Source: Candidatus Thorarchaeota archaeon
GTDB lineage: Archaea > Asgardarchaeota > Thorarchaeia > Thorarchaeales > Thorarchaeaceae
Direction: 5' to 3'
Length of the DNA stretch: 64,000 nt
Assembly (NCBI GenBank): GCA_048882045.1
Contig: JBHLRZ010000006.1
Location: 55,969-119,968, forward strand
Shown: positions 41,521 to 51,739 of the stretch, in pieces
How positions within the stretch are numbered: the stretch's first letter is position 1
How the letters are laid out: each line of letters opens with the position of its first letter
Translations under genes and position numbers: made by a program
The notes under the pieces: generated by a model
Told to the model about the DNA's origin: nothing
Databases searched by the model: none
What the model saw: the letters and a program-made list of their open reading frames with translations, nothing else

Positions 41521-42744
41521 TCATATCCCGCCATAGAACAGTAGTATGTACAGCATCATGATAAAGACCGCAATCATGGAGACTGACTCAAGCGCATTGA
41601 TCTTTGCGTCATCAGTTATCATTGCTCTTAATATGAACATGGTGGGGAAGGCAAACAGTAGGAGTACAACTGAATAGAGCTCTATAGGTAGTATCTCATG
41701 ACCTAACAAGATAGGATCAAAATATCCTGCAAGACCAGATACAATCATAGTAAATCCAAAAATGACAAAGAACACCTGGACAATGCCGCCAAACGCATTA
41801 CTCAGCGCTACCTCTATCTCTTCCTTTCTGTGACTACTAGCCACGATGATGTACTCAGGAGTGCCACCAAATATCACGAGTAACAGTGCGGCATGGATGA
41901 TGGGTAGACCAATTTCATCAATAGCGAAGTTGGCGAAAGACGAGAGTGCATGACCGCCGAGAGCTGCACCAAGAGAGGCAAAGAACAGATAGACTCCAAG
42001 ATTCTTCCAGGACATGGCGTCATGTACAACATGCTCATCCAAGAGCGGATCGGATGAAGTTGGATCAATTTTCCCATAGTACCTTGTGATTCGATAGAGG
42101 TAAGCAACAAAGACAATCATGAGACAGAATCCAAAGAGTATCAACTCTCCGGAGTCAAGATATTGGGAGATTAATTCATTTCCAGGGGTCAATGGAAATA
42201 GATGCACAAGCATCATTGATAGACCGACTGAAAGTGAGATTACTGAACCCATTGTCAATAAATCCGATCCAACATGATGAATTGCGTCAGGAAGTCGAAA
42301 ATTACCTTCATGATCCTTTGGCAATACAAGTGTATAGAGGGCAAATACAAGACTGTTCATGAAAATGGTAGCGAGGGCTAGAATCCAAGCCATCTCATAT
42401 TGCCTACCAACAATGAGAAAGAGAAGTACAAATAGCTCTGGAATTGTGCTTGCCAGACTTGCATAGATACCAGCAACATAGTCAGTAAGTTGCATGTTGT
42501 GTGCCAGACCTTCAACAGATAGGACAAAGGCTTCACAGGCACCACCAATCAGAAGTACACCACCAACCAGTTCGATTGCAGCTTTAATGGATTCATCCAT
42601 ATGAAAACCGATAAAATCAAGGAGAAGCAATCCGACAACAATGAGAAAGCCAATCACATACGCGAGCTGCCATATGTGGTACTTACGCTCTTGTCCTTTG
42701 GGTTTCACATGGGTTTCACCAGATGTGATGACTTCATCCTGCAT
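41521..42744 (-). CDS. Ca2+/cation antiporter (CaCA family)
   Basis: alpha-repeats ASTIPEL and GGTPEY; about 11 TM. Confidence 0.8.
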   Translation of the reverse strand: MQDEVITSGETHVKPKGQERKYHIWQLAYVIGFLIVVGLLLLDFIGFHMDESIKAAIELVGGVLLIGGACEAFVLSVEGLAHNMQLTDYVAGIYASLASTIPELFVLLFLIVGRQYEMAWILALATIFMNSLVFALYTLVLPKDHEGNFRLPDAIHHVGSDLLTMGSVISLSVGLSMMLVHLFPLTPGNELISQYLDSGELILFGFCLMIVFVAYLYRITRYYGKIDPTSSDPLLDEHVVHDAMSWKNLGVYLFFASLGAALGGHALSSFANFAIDEIGLPIIHAALLLVIFGGTPEYIIVASSHRKEEIEVALSNAFGGIVQVFFVIFGFTMIVSGLAGYFDPILLGHEILPIELYSVVLLLFAFPTMFILRAMITDDAKINALESVSMIAVFIMMLYILLFYGGI

Positions 42745-42813
42745 AGACTAGCCTCCAAGTCAGTGACCAAACCATTCTCCCAATAAAACTTCTCCATGCG
42801 GTATATCGTTTGT

Positions 42814-43431
42814 CTAGTTATCTTCAGCAAGGACTTTGCGAATTATAGTAGTCGCAGTCCGACCAATTACTGTGATTACAAACTGAACCAGCAGTGCCAT
42901 CAGGAATATTCCCACAGAAAGAGACATTCCAAAGAAGCTGAGTGAAACAGCAGCTTGGGCTGCTAGGACATAGTTCCAGAAGAGGTAGTATCCATAGGCT
43001 CCAAGTATCAGTATGAACCCAACAGCGAGACCGTATATGATGATCACAGTCTTCACTTCTGGTCGGTTCAGGTCGACCTCACCCACTCCTTCTGCAATGA
43101 CAACTCTTCCAATCCGTCGATTGAATCGAACAAAGAAGCTAATGGCTCCCAAGAAGATGAAGAGAGTGAGCATCGCTCCAACTAGGACAAGGAAGAGTGC
43201 AATATCAGGCTCAATAATACTGACATAGTCTCTTATGACATAAGCAGATGCGGATCCGAGAAGCATAATTGCTGAAACAATCTCGGCAACCAAGGTGATT
43301 GTAGCAGTTCCTCTGAAGAGAGACCCTACATCCAACATTTCCGTTTCAGGTTCATCGGTAGAAACAAATTCGTCTTCAGACAAGATGTTCCCTCCATTTG
43401 CGTGCACCTTCACTATGTTGTAGGCCTTCAT
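42814..43431 (-). CDS. hypothetical 4-TM membrane protein (start may be downstream)
   Basis: four hydrophobic segments. Confidence 0.65.
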   Translation of the reverse strand: MKAYNIVKVHANGGNILSEDEFVSTDEPETEMLDVGSLFRGTATITLVAEIVSAIMLLGSASAYVIRDYVSIIEPDIALFLVLVGAMLTLFIFLGAISFFVRFNRRIGRVVIAEGVGEVDLNRPEVKTVIIIYGLAVGFILILGAYGYYLFWNYVLAAQAAVSLSFFGMSLSVGIFLMALLVQFVITVIGRTATTIIRKVLAEDN

Positions 43432-43497
43432 AAAGCCTTGTCGTTTGAGTGATAAACCTCAAGTAGAGCTGTGCGAGTGTCAAATTGGCGAGATTCG

Positions 43498-44022
43498 ATG
43501 GTGAACTATTATCATGATGTCCCTCCTGGACCTAATCCCCCAAGTGAGATCTATGTGATCGTTGAACTCACTCGCGCTAGCAAGAACAAGTATGAGTATG
43601 ATCCTGAGTTAAACCTCTTCAAACTCGACCGGGTCCTCTATACATTTGCTCCATTCGACTACGGATTCATTCCCCAAACACTTGACCAGGATGGAGACCC
43701 TCTGGACGTTATCTTACTAATAACACAGCCTACTTTCACATCGTGCATGGTACATGCTAGACCCATCGGTGTGATGGAGATGGATGATGTTGGCAGAATT
43801 GACGATAAGATAATCGCAGTACCGATGAACGAGCCATATTATCGAGACGTCAACAGCATCATCGATGTCCCGGTGAGTCAAATCAATGAGCTTCGTCACT
43901 TCTATTCAACATACAAGATACAGGAAGGCGGTCATGTAGAGATCAAGAATTTCCGGGAGCTCAATGATGCCTACCAAACTATTAATCGGTGTCTTGACGA
44001 TTACAAGAAAGCTCAATCCTAG
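43498..44022 (+). CDS. ppa: family I inorganic pyrophosphatase
   Basis: KYEYD, LDRVL, YGFIPQT..DGDPLD, DDKII. Confidence 0.93.
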   Translation: MVNYYHDVPPGPNPPSEIYVIVELTRASKNKYEYDPELNLFKLDRVLYTFAPFDYGFIPQTLDQDGDPLDVILLITQPTFTSCMVHARPIGVMEMDDVGRIDDKIIAVPMNEPYYRDVNSIIDVPVSQINELRHFYSTYKIQEGGHVEIKNFRELNDAYQTINRCLDDYKKAQS

Positions 44023-44037
44023 GCATGAGATGGTTTC

Positions 44038-44709
44038 ATGAAAGAACTGGTTTTTTGCAAGGCAGTTGTATTCGATTTCGACGGGACACTGGCTGACAGT
44101 ATGCCTTTCCTACAACGGATCGGTGTGGAAATCATGATGAAACACTATGGTGTTTCGAAGGATGATGCCACTGAGAGGTATGTAACAACCACTGGTCTCC
44201 CTTATGAACATCAGATAAAGATGAATTTCCCTGATGATCCCAGAAACGAAGCTGCTATCGAGGAATTCGAGCAGCTCAAGATTGAGAGAATCTTCGAGCA
44301 AGAACTGTTTCCAAATGCAGAATGGGTTGTTCAAGAACTTAACAAGAGAGGATTTGATGTGTTTGTTTCATCCTCGACCTTCCAACCAACAATAGAGGAG
44401 TATTTCCGGAGACTAGGTATCATCGACCTTTTCATAGAGATTGTTGGATATCGACCCGGCTTTGAGAAGGGAGCGGACCATTTCAAGCATATTAGCTCAA
44501 AACACAACATCAATTTCGACGACATGGTTTTTGTTGGAGACTCTATCAAGGACTACGAGCGGTCCAAAGACTTCTGCAAGTTTATTGCTGTGGTTGGTCT
44601 GTTCGGTTCAAAAGACTTCTACAAAGCTGGACATCGCGGTCACATTATTCAACCACTTACTCAACTCCTCGAAATTGTTGAGAATGATTACCTTGATGTG
44701 AATTTGTAA
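44038..44709 (+). CDS. HAD-family hydrolase
   Basis: FDFDGTLADS, VSSS, K, FVGDS..D. Confidence 0.9.
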   Translation: MKELVFCKAVVFDFDGTLADSMPFLQRIGVEIMMKHYGVSKDDATERYVTTTGLPYEHQIKMNFPDDPRNEAAIEEFEQLKIERIFEQELFPNAEWVVQELNKRGFDVFVSSSTFQPTIEEYFRRLGIIDLFIEIVGYRPGFEKGADHFKHISSKHNINFDDMVFVGDSIKDYERSKDFCKFIAVVGLFGSKDFYKAGHRGHIIQPLTQLLEIVENDYLDVNL

Positions 44710-44799
44710 TCGGATTCGAAAGGTCTGAAATATTCAAACCGTTCTAGAAACAAGAAATTTTTATCCGAATTATGGATTCTCTTATCAGGAGAGGGAATA

Positions 44800-45723
44800 G
44801 TGTCTACCAAAAGACTGAAAGTGTGCACAATCGCGATTTTGCTCTTTGTAGGGGGAATTATCCCTCAGATTCCTTTATCCAAGGCTGACTTAACATCCTG
44901 GGTTGAGATAGAATTGGGGGGAACAATGACAAACAGCTCCCAATTATCGATGCCTGTTGCAGATGTGATAATACGAATACAAGAAGGTGTCAATGGTGTT
45001 ACTGCAAATGTATCATGTCTATTCGAGGTAGTATCAGATATCAGTATCAATACATCACTAGCATTTGTTTATCCTTTCCTTTGGCATTCTTTCTATTCTT
45101 ACGATCCATTAAACCAATTCGCAGTTCTCAACTTCTCTGTTCATGTTAACGATTTGGAGGTGAATCACACAATAATTTCATGGGACAACCTCACATCATA
45201 CGGTTTTAATGCTGACCAAAACATGTATCGATATCTCTGGTTGACGACCTCAAATTTCGTTCTCTTCTCATTCGAGATGGAAGAGTCAGAAAAGTATAAT
45301 ATCAGTGTTCAAACAAGTGCGTTCCCTGTGTTTAACGCACATGATGGTCGTTTTCGGTATGTTGTTGGAAGTGCTGAAACATTCTCTGGAGAGACTCATC
45401 AAACAGTGAACATTATTGTAGATCATGGAGTAGCGTATGAGGAATTGACGTTCCTCCCAGAAACGTACCTAGTAGAATCAATGAATGCTTCAGGTAGGTA
45501 TGCTGTATGGGAATTTTCTATTTTCGAATCTGCTCCAATTTCCTACGTAGGATTCGATGTCAAAATAGCTAACTACACTCAATCCCACAGCCCACTACCT
45601 CGCCCTTCAACAACTACGCCAAATGAGATTCACAGTCTTGTTTCGAATGGACTGCTTCTATTTATCGCAGTTTCGATAGGAGTTGTGATTCTTCTGATAG
45701 GAAACGATCGAAGGACAAAATAG
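44800..45723 (+). CDS. secreted, C-terminally anchored cell-surface protein (cargo X)
   Basis: signal peptide, beta-rich body, Pro/Thr linker, C-terminal TM followed by RRTK. Confidence 0.75.
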   Translation: MSTKRLKVCTIAILLFVGGIIPQIPLSKADLTSWVEIELGGTMTNSSQLSMPVADVIIRIQEGVNGVTANVSCLFEVVSDISINTSLAFVYPFLWHSFYSYDPLNQFAVLNFSVHVNDLEVNHTIISWDNLTSYGFNADQNMYRYLWLTTSNFVLFSFEMEESEKYNISVQTSAFPVFNAHDGRFRYVVGSAETFSGETHQTVNIIVDHGVAYEELTFLPETYLVESMNASGRYAVWEFSIFESAPISYVGFDVKIANYTQSHSPLPRPSTTTPNEIHSLVSNGLLLFIAVSIGVVILLIGNDRRTK

Positions 45724-45746
45724 ATCATGCTAGATAGGATTACTCT

Positions 45747-45896
45747 TCAGGCAGTTTGTTCAGCAGCTTTTGGTGGTCCTTGACCAAGAACCTTGTTCAT
45801 TCGCTCGAGAATCTCACGTATGTGTGGAACAGATGGTTCAGGGAATGTGACAATGTTTTCCTCTGGAAGGTTCTCCAGCACGTTCAGAATTTTCTC
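45747..45896 (-). pseudogene. nadA: diverged duplicate of the last 49 codons plus stop of nadA
   Basis: 46/49 aa identical to 48501-48650; about 31/150 nt differ by hand count, nearly all synonymous. Confidence 0.92.
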
Positions 45897-46170
45897 GTCG
45901 GCTATCGACCTGGATTCGAGAAAGGAGGAGACCAGTTCAATCATATCAGTAAACAACACAACATCCACTTTGATGACATGTTGGTTGTTAGATTCCATAA
46001 AAGACTATGAGAGGTCAAAGGGTTTTTACAAGTTTGTACCGCTTCTTGGAATGTTCAGTTCACAAGACTTCTACAAAGCTGGACATCGTGGTCACAGAAT
46101 CGATGTATTAGGGCAGCTCCTCGACTTTGTCGAAAATGATTACCTTGATGAGGAGTTTGGAATAGATTAA
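45897..46170 (+). pseudogene. diverged, frameshifted duplicate of the 3' part of the HAD gene
   Basis: VGYRPGFEKG...VENDYLD matches 44443-44709 (about 61/85 aa); 2-nt deletion in the V-G-D codons near 45990. Confidence 0.92.
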
Positions 46171-48437
46171 TGGTGCTCTGAAGCTTCGGAATTGGATTCG
46201 TAGATCCACAGAACAACTGCGAAACCAAGTATAAGAAATGTCAATAGTGGAAAAGGTGTCCAAGTATACCACACAATATATGGACTGTTAAGTCTGATCC
46301 AGCCTATCCAATTGAGAACGAGTATACCGGGAATCATTACAACAATGGAGATGATACCTCCAATGAGAACCCAAAACATACTCCTTCGGTGGTTAATTCT
46401 TTCCCACAACCAAAATAGATTCAATGTACTGAATGCAGTATATGGTACTCCTACAAGTAGAGCAGAAATGGCTTGGATGGAATAGTACGTGTAAATATCG
46501 GGCAATAGAGCTAGTAGTTGAAGTGGGAAACCAAAAAATTCTGAATCAGGTTGGCCAAACCAAGCATGCATATGTCTAATACCAATCAAACAAGGGACCA
46601 GCATAGAAACGAGTAGAAGAGTGAAAAATCGGCTATCAAAGAATATTGAATCATCTTGAATCTTGGGTTTCTCTTCATTCATACCTTCCTTCAAAGACTC
46701 GAAGGTTTTGAAATCTCGTTCAAGCATATTGAAGTGTTCACCAAAAACATAGTATCCTTTCTTGCTATATACTGCAACAAACATAAGCCAAGTAATTGGA
46801 ATCCCCAAGAGTAACAATGGTTCAAACAACGGAGATATGGGTTCACTGGTGATACTAGCTAGTAGAGGTTGAACTAGGAATGGATAGATAACTGGAACGA
46901 ACAACACTAGACCCATAGTGAGATCTGTTTGGCGATTTGATGGTGTTGAACATGTTACTATGCACCAGATGATTGGAAGCCAATAGAGTATAATTGCCCA
47001 AAATGACCAAGTCAAGGCTTCGCTTGGAATCTTCAACAGACACTGACTTCCTTCTGTCCATAGACCCATTATCGGTAATGGTCCAGCAAGACTACTGTGA
47101 ATTACAACAACTTTGTCTTGCCAAAGTGATTCGAAAAGGCGAGTTGATGAGAACCAAGGGAATAGGGCTAGAACAGAAAAAAGCAGAGGAGGAATCATGC
47201 GGAAATCGAGTTTCAACCTAGTCTTATGCAATCTCTGAACTTTGTTCATCCATACTCCTATTCGCGAGATAATTAACACAAACATTACTAGAGAGAGTGC
47301 GGCATATCCCAAGTCCCATATCTGTAGGATAGTTATTGCTTCTCTAAATTCAACGAATATCTCTAGGTTGTGAGTCCCATTTGATTGAATATAACCAGCA
47401 ACACTTGCTACAGATGTCAGTCGCCACGATCCCAGTCTATCATCTAGAAGATCTGCAATGTAAAAACTGCCATAGGCATTTCTAGGAGGTACTATAAAAA
47501 CACAAGGTAGTGATTCTGAGGTTAGATGTAGGTCATATATCTCATCATCATTTGATTTCTCACTCCAAACAATATGATACACTGGATACACTGAGTCAAA
47601 TGTTATCTCGACTCGGACAGCTCTTAGATGCACAATCATGATTGTTCGTTCATTTTCTGAGAAACTGATGCTGAAATTCACTTCATGGTAATAGTATTGA
47701 TAACTCCATCCGCACGTGCCATTCAAGCTCCCTGTCCTAAGGAGAAGCGTATCATTTACAGAACGGGGATAAAAAAGAGTGGTTGACTCACTCCAGTTAT
47801 CTCTCGACACATATAGAGCCGGAGTTACCCACATCATTTCACTCATCCATTTGTTATCGTACAGGCTAAGTCCTTCAGTGGATTTTAGGTCAAAAGAAAC
47901 TGGACATAGTGGAACACTTGAACTGACTGAAACTATCAAACTGTGGCAAATCAGATTGTCCCTTGGAGTAACATAGACTACACTATCGACTAACCAACGA
48001 TCAGAACTGTTTTTCGTAAAAGCTAAGTCAGTCTGCAAAGTCATAGTTGTCAATTCTGAAACAAATTGAGTAGTTTCTATGTTCTCACCAGATAGGTGCA
48101 AGCCGAAATCAACTTCTTTACCTTCAGTAGTAGATTCCAAAGTTACGTTGAGAAAAATCAGGTCATAATCGAATCGTGGCAAGTTAAAATAGTGATAACC
48201 ATCAAATGGTGTAAGATTGAGAATAACAGCATTGTTCACAGAAGATTGGGGTTCATAATACAATGAATAGTTAGTCGACTGTGGAATGGGAGTTGTTGGT
48301 TTAACGGTATACTCTCCAGTAAGACCTGGCAAAGGATAGGAGAACGTGTAATATGATGAGAGAATCAAGTATCCGACGACTATGATGGACAGTGTTAGAA
48401 GTCGCTCTTTCGAGATTGCGAAAGCATGTCTGTTCAA
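46167..48437 (-). CDS. large membrane protein with extracellular N-terminal region and multi-TM C-terminal half (cargo Y)
   Basis: N-terminal TM, about 340-aa region with many N-x-S/T sequons, about 9 further TM; AT-rich. Confidence 0.75.
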   Translation of the reverse strand: MNRHAFAISKERLLTLSIIVVGYLILSSYYTFSYPLPGLTGEYTVKPTTPIPQSTNYSLYYEPQSSVNNAVILNLTPFDGYHYFNLPRFDYDLIFLNVTLESTTEGKEVDFGLHLSGENIETTQFVSELTTMTLQTDLAFTKNSSDRWLVDSVVYVTPRDNLICHSLIVSVSSSVPLCPVSFDLKSTEGLSLYDNKWMSEMMWVTPALYVSRDNWSESTTLFYPRSVNDTLLLRTGSLNGTCGWSYQYYYHEVNFSISFSENERTIMIVHLRAVRVEITFDSVYPVYHIVWSEKSNDDEIYDLHLTSESLPCVFIVPPRNAYGSFYIADLLDDRLGSWRLTSVASVAGYIQSNGTHNLEIFVEFREAITILQIWDLGYAALSLVMFVLIISRIGVWMNKVQRLHKTRLKLDFRMIPPLLFSVLALFPWFSSTRLFESLWQDKVVVIHSSLAGPLPIMGLWTEGSQCLLKIPSEALTWSFWAIILYWLPIIWCIVTCSTPSNRQTDLTMGLVLFVPVIYPFLVQPLLASITSEPISPLFEPLLLLGIPITWLMFVAVYSKKGYYVFGEHFNMLERDFKTFESLKEGMNEEKPKIQDDSIFFDSRFFTLLLVSMLVPCLIGIRHMHAWFGQPDSEFFGFPLQLLALLPDIYTYYSIQAISALLVGVPYTAFSTLNLFWLWERINHRRSMFWVLIGGIISIVVMIPGILVLNWIGWIRLNSPYIVWYTWTPFPLLTFLILGFAVVLWIYESNSEASEHH

Positions 48438-48500
48438 TAGGAACTCTCCACTCCACTTGGTACTAATGGAGGATATCAGAGATTTAGCCTTTTGCTTTCA

Positions 48501-49478
48501 TTAAGCCGCCTGTTCCGCAGCCTTCGGTGGTCCTTGACCAAGAACTTTGTTCATCCTCTCAAGTATTTCGCGAATGTGTGGCACAAATGGTTCAGGAACC
48601 GTGACGATGTTCTCTTCTGGCAGGTTTTCAAGTACATTGAGAATCTTCTCCAGAGTGTGTTTCTTCATCTGACGACAGACCGCACCATCGAACATCGGAA
48701 TGATCGTCTTGTCTGGATGTTGCTTCTGGAGTTGATGAACGAGACCTAGCTCTGTTGCGATGATGAAAGTCTTTACGTCTGATTCTGCCACCGTCTTGAC
48801 CATCATTCCAGTTGATCCAATCATATCAGCATGTTCTTGGACCTCGATTGGACATTCTGGATGAGCTATTGCAATTGAGTTGGGATATTTCTCTTTAAGC
48901 TCGATCAACATACTGAGATCAAACATGTTATGGACATAGCAGTGGCCTCTATAGTCGATGTCAATGATCTCAACCGGGGTATGCATTCGGACATAATCTG
49001 CCAGATTTGCGTCCGGGCCAAAGATGACCCGATCTACACCAAGTGACTCGACGACCTCAACTGCACTACCAGAGGTACATATCATATCTGCTTCTGACTT
49101 GGCTTCTGCAGTTGTGTTCACATAAACGACGACTGGGACACCAGGAAACTCCTTCTTCTTCTGACGTATCTTCTCAGCATCAAGATAACCAGCGAGTGGA
49201 CACAACGACTTGGTGTCGGGAATGTAAACCGGAATATCAGGGGATAAGACAGCAGCCATTTCAGCCATGAACTTCACTCCTGAGAATATGACCATGTCAT
49301 ACCCTTCGACCTCAGCAGATTTCCTTGCTAACTGAAGAGAGTCACCCACAAAGTCAGCAATCTCCTGAATATCGATTGTCTGATAGTTGTGAGCTAGAAT
49401 GAGAGCCTTCCTCTCTTTTTTCAGCTTGAGTATCTTCTCCTGTAATTCCTTGATGTTACGTTCCACTGTGAACACCAC
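48501..49478 (-). CDS. nadA: quinolinate synthase
   Basis: ILAHNYQ, GDSLQL, GVKFMAE, YVNT, PD.NL, CYVH, AHPEC, GST, TE.G, C..MK. Confidence 0.95.
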   Translation of the reverse strand: MVFTVERNIKELQEKILKLKKERKALILAHNYQTIDIQEIADFVGDSLQLARKSAEVEGYDMVIFSGVKFMAEMAAVLSPDIPVYIPDTKSLCPLAGYLDAEKIRQKKKEFPGVPVVVYVNTTAEAKSEADMICTSGSAVEVVESLGVDRVIFGPDANLADYVRMHTPVEIIDIDYRGHCYVHNMFDLSMLIELKEKYPNSIAIAHPECPIEVQEHADMIGSTGMMVKTVAESDVKTFIIATELGLVHQLQKQHPDKTIIPMFDGAVCRQMKKHTLEKILNVLENLPEENIVTVPEPFVPHIREILERMNKVLGQGPPKAAEQAA

Positions 49479-49597
49479 GTTATTATCGAACGAGTGGCCT
49501 TTTAATAAATTTCAAACGGCAATAAACGTACGAATTCTGTGGACCTATTTCAGAGTGATTTAAGTGTGATGCGAATTCTTCCGTCACTACAATCTAT

Positions 49598-51739
49598 GTG
49601 ATAATCATGACAAAGAAAGGCATCCCGAAAACAAAGAACAAAGCGATTCAAACCATGTTTGATCAAGCTGAGCGTAATATCAAGTTGTTGATGGATGGAA
49701 AGCCAGTTTCAGAAGAACCAGGATTATTTGGAGAATCGCGACTCCTAGTAGTATCTGAATTGGCAAAATCAATGAATAAGGAAATCGCTTCAGACAAAGT
49801 AGATTCTGTACAAAGAACATTGATGGAAATCTTTAGGGATGTCAAGCAAGAACCTACTCTCTCAGATATAATTCAGTCTTTGACCCTAGGCCTATATGGT
49901 TTTGTTCTTGGAAACTATAATGACGAGGACTTCAGGTATCTATACAGGTACTCACTCAAACACCTGAAGAACCAAAAGAAGTTGGATCAATGGCTCCGTA
50001 AAGCTCTGATTTTCATAGCTGCCTGTCAATATGATGATGAAAGGAAAATCATGTCAGAGGTAAGATTCTGGTTGCAATACCTGGGAGCGACTGTGTTCAG
50101 CCCAGCGACATTCATCGAACCAGGAAAGGAGTTTGGTATCGATATGGGGTCAGTCGTCGAAACTGAGGAACTCAAGCTCGTTGATGCCCTTACTAGACAC
50201 TCACAATATTTGCGAGAGGCAGTGGAAGGTCGTCAGTTCTTTGACGTATATGATTCATGTAAAGAATGGACACCGGATGGTCTCCTCTCAGATTTATTTT
50301 CGATATCAAGAGAAGAAGCATACGAGGGAGCTCAGAATGCAGTCAGTCCTGATATGAGTGTAGCTGAAGCTTTTGAAGCAGTAAAAGAACACTTTGAGAA
50401 GAATCAGTTTCGAACCCACAAGAAAGCAGTAATGCCAGTTCGTCTTCAGGAGTTACCATCACCTCCCCCAGGAGAAGCTGTTGATCCGGTCATCTTCGAA
50501 TTGATACCACAGAAATTGAGAATGGGTCTGCTTCCAGCTGTTGCATTTTCTCGAAAGACAAAGCACATAGAGATCATCTTTCTCGGAGGTCCCCGTATTG
50601 GTCGTAGTGGCATTCTAATCAAGACTGATACAGGGGGAGTACTACTAGATTTCGGATTGTCTGTGGCAAACCATCGTATTCCCGATTGGATTCCAGAGAT
50701 TGAAATGGTTGATACAATCTTAGTGAGTCATGGACACCTTGACCATCTTGGGGGTCTCCCTGTCCTCTTCGACAAGTTCGATGGAAAATGGTGTTCTGTT
50801 GGACCCACCGGAGGAATAACGAAGATTCTTCTGAATGACGCACTGCGAGTTGGTACTCCTTCACCTCCTCGAAGGCTAGACAAACTCGACCTTGTATCTA
50901 GGTTTAATGAGGGCAACATCAAGAAAGTGACCGACAATCATGTTCGGCTGGAATATGGAAAGAGTAGTGAAGTAAGTCCAGGAATCGTAGTTACTCCTAT
51001 TGATGCGTGTCATATTCCTGGTAGTGCAGCGTATTCTATTGATGTCGAAGGAATTAAGATTCTATACACTGGGGACTTCAATCTAGACCAGTCTGCATTG
51101 TTTCCAGGTGCAACCTTTCCCACTGATGCTGATTATGTCATCTTTGATGGTACATACTGGGGTCGAGAGGACTTTGACAGAAAAGCTGTTTCGGAGATGA
51201 TAAGCAGCACCATCGCAAATCATGGCCCGGTCATCATTCCGAGTTTCGCTGTAGGTCGGTCGCAAGAGATTCTCACCATTCTGGAGAATTTGGGAATCAC
51301 AAAAAACAGAAATGTCATGGTCACGGGGATGGCTGAACGAGTAACAAACCTTGTAGGTGTGAAGGGTTCTTGGGAGAGCATGAAGAAGAATAAGGTCCAT
51401 CTAGACAAAGACGACGTACTTGTTGCAGGTGGTGGAATGCTCGGAGGGGGGCTTTCCAGGTATCACTTCAATGAGCAGAGGAACAATCCAAAGGCAGCCA
51501 TCATTCTCTGTGGTTATCTTGCACCAAGAACACCCGGATGGAACCTTTTGCACGGATATGAACCTCATGAGTGTAGGATGGAATATGCCCGACTGAGTGC
51601 TCATTCTTCAGCACACAATCTTGAGAACTACATCAATTCTTGTTCCGGCAAACGAATAATCGTTCATACTCCTACGGAAAAGGCTCCGAAAGGGGTGGTT
51701 ATGCCTGAGTACCAGGAAAGAATCATTGTAAAGACATGA
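49598..51739 (+). CDS. beta-CASP/MBL ribonuclease with uncharacterised about 320-aa N-terminal domain
   Basis: LLDFG, SHGHLDH, HIPGS, YTGDF, PSFAVGRSQE, GY.A..TPG, LSAHS, VH. Confidence 0.8.
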   Translation: MIIMTKKGIPKTKNKAIQTMFDQAERNIKLLMDGKPVSEEPGLFGESRLLVVSELAKSMNKEIASDKVDSVQRTLMEIFRDVKQEPTLSDIIQSLTLGLYGFVLGNYNDEDFRYLYRYSLKHLKNQKKLDQWLRKALIFIAACQYDDERKIMSEVRFWLQYLGATVFSPATFIEPGKEFGIDMGSVVETEELKLVDALTRHSQYLREAVEGRQFFDVYDSCKEWTPDGLLSDLFSISREEAYEGAQNAVSPDMSVAEAFEAVKEHFEKNQFRTHKKAVMPVRLQELPSPPPGEAVDPVIFELIPQKLRMGLLPAVAFSRKTKHIEIIFLGGPRIGRSGILIKTDTGGVLLDFGLSVANHRIPDWIPEIEMVDTILVSHGHLDHLGGLPVLFDKFDGKWCSVGPTGGITKILLNDALRVGTPSPPRRLDKLDLVSRFNEGNIKKVTDNHVRLEYGKSSEVSPGIVVTPIDACHIPGSAAYSIDVEGIKILYTGDFNLDQSALFPGATFPTDADYVIFDGTYWGREDFDRKAVSEMISSTIANHGPVIIPSFAVGRSQEILTILENLGITKNRNVMVTGMAERVTNLVGVKGSWESMKKNKVHLDKDDVLVAGGGMLGGGLSRYHFNEQRNNPKAAIILCGYLAPRTPGWNLLHGYEPHECRMEYARLSAHSSAHNLENYINSCSGKRIIVHTPTEKAPKGVVMPEYQERIIVKT

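Noticed and set aside
45747-46170. ORF-track entries 45747..45998(-), 45756..46010(+) and 45793..46170(+) as genuine genes
   Set aside because: They are chimeric read-throughs of the nadA and HAD 3' remnants, with no proper starts and a frameshift.
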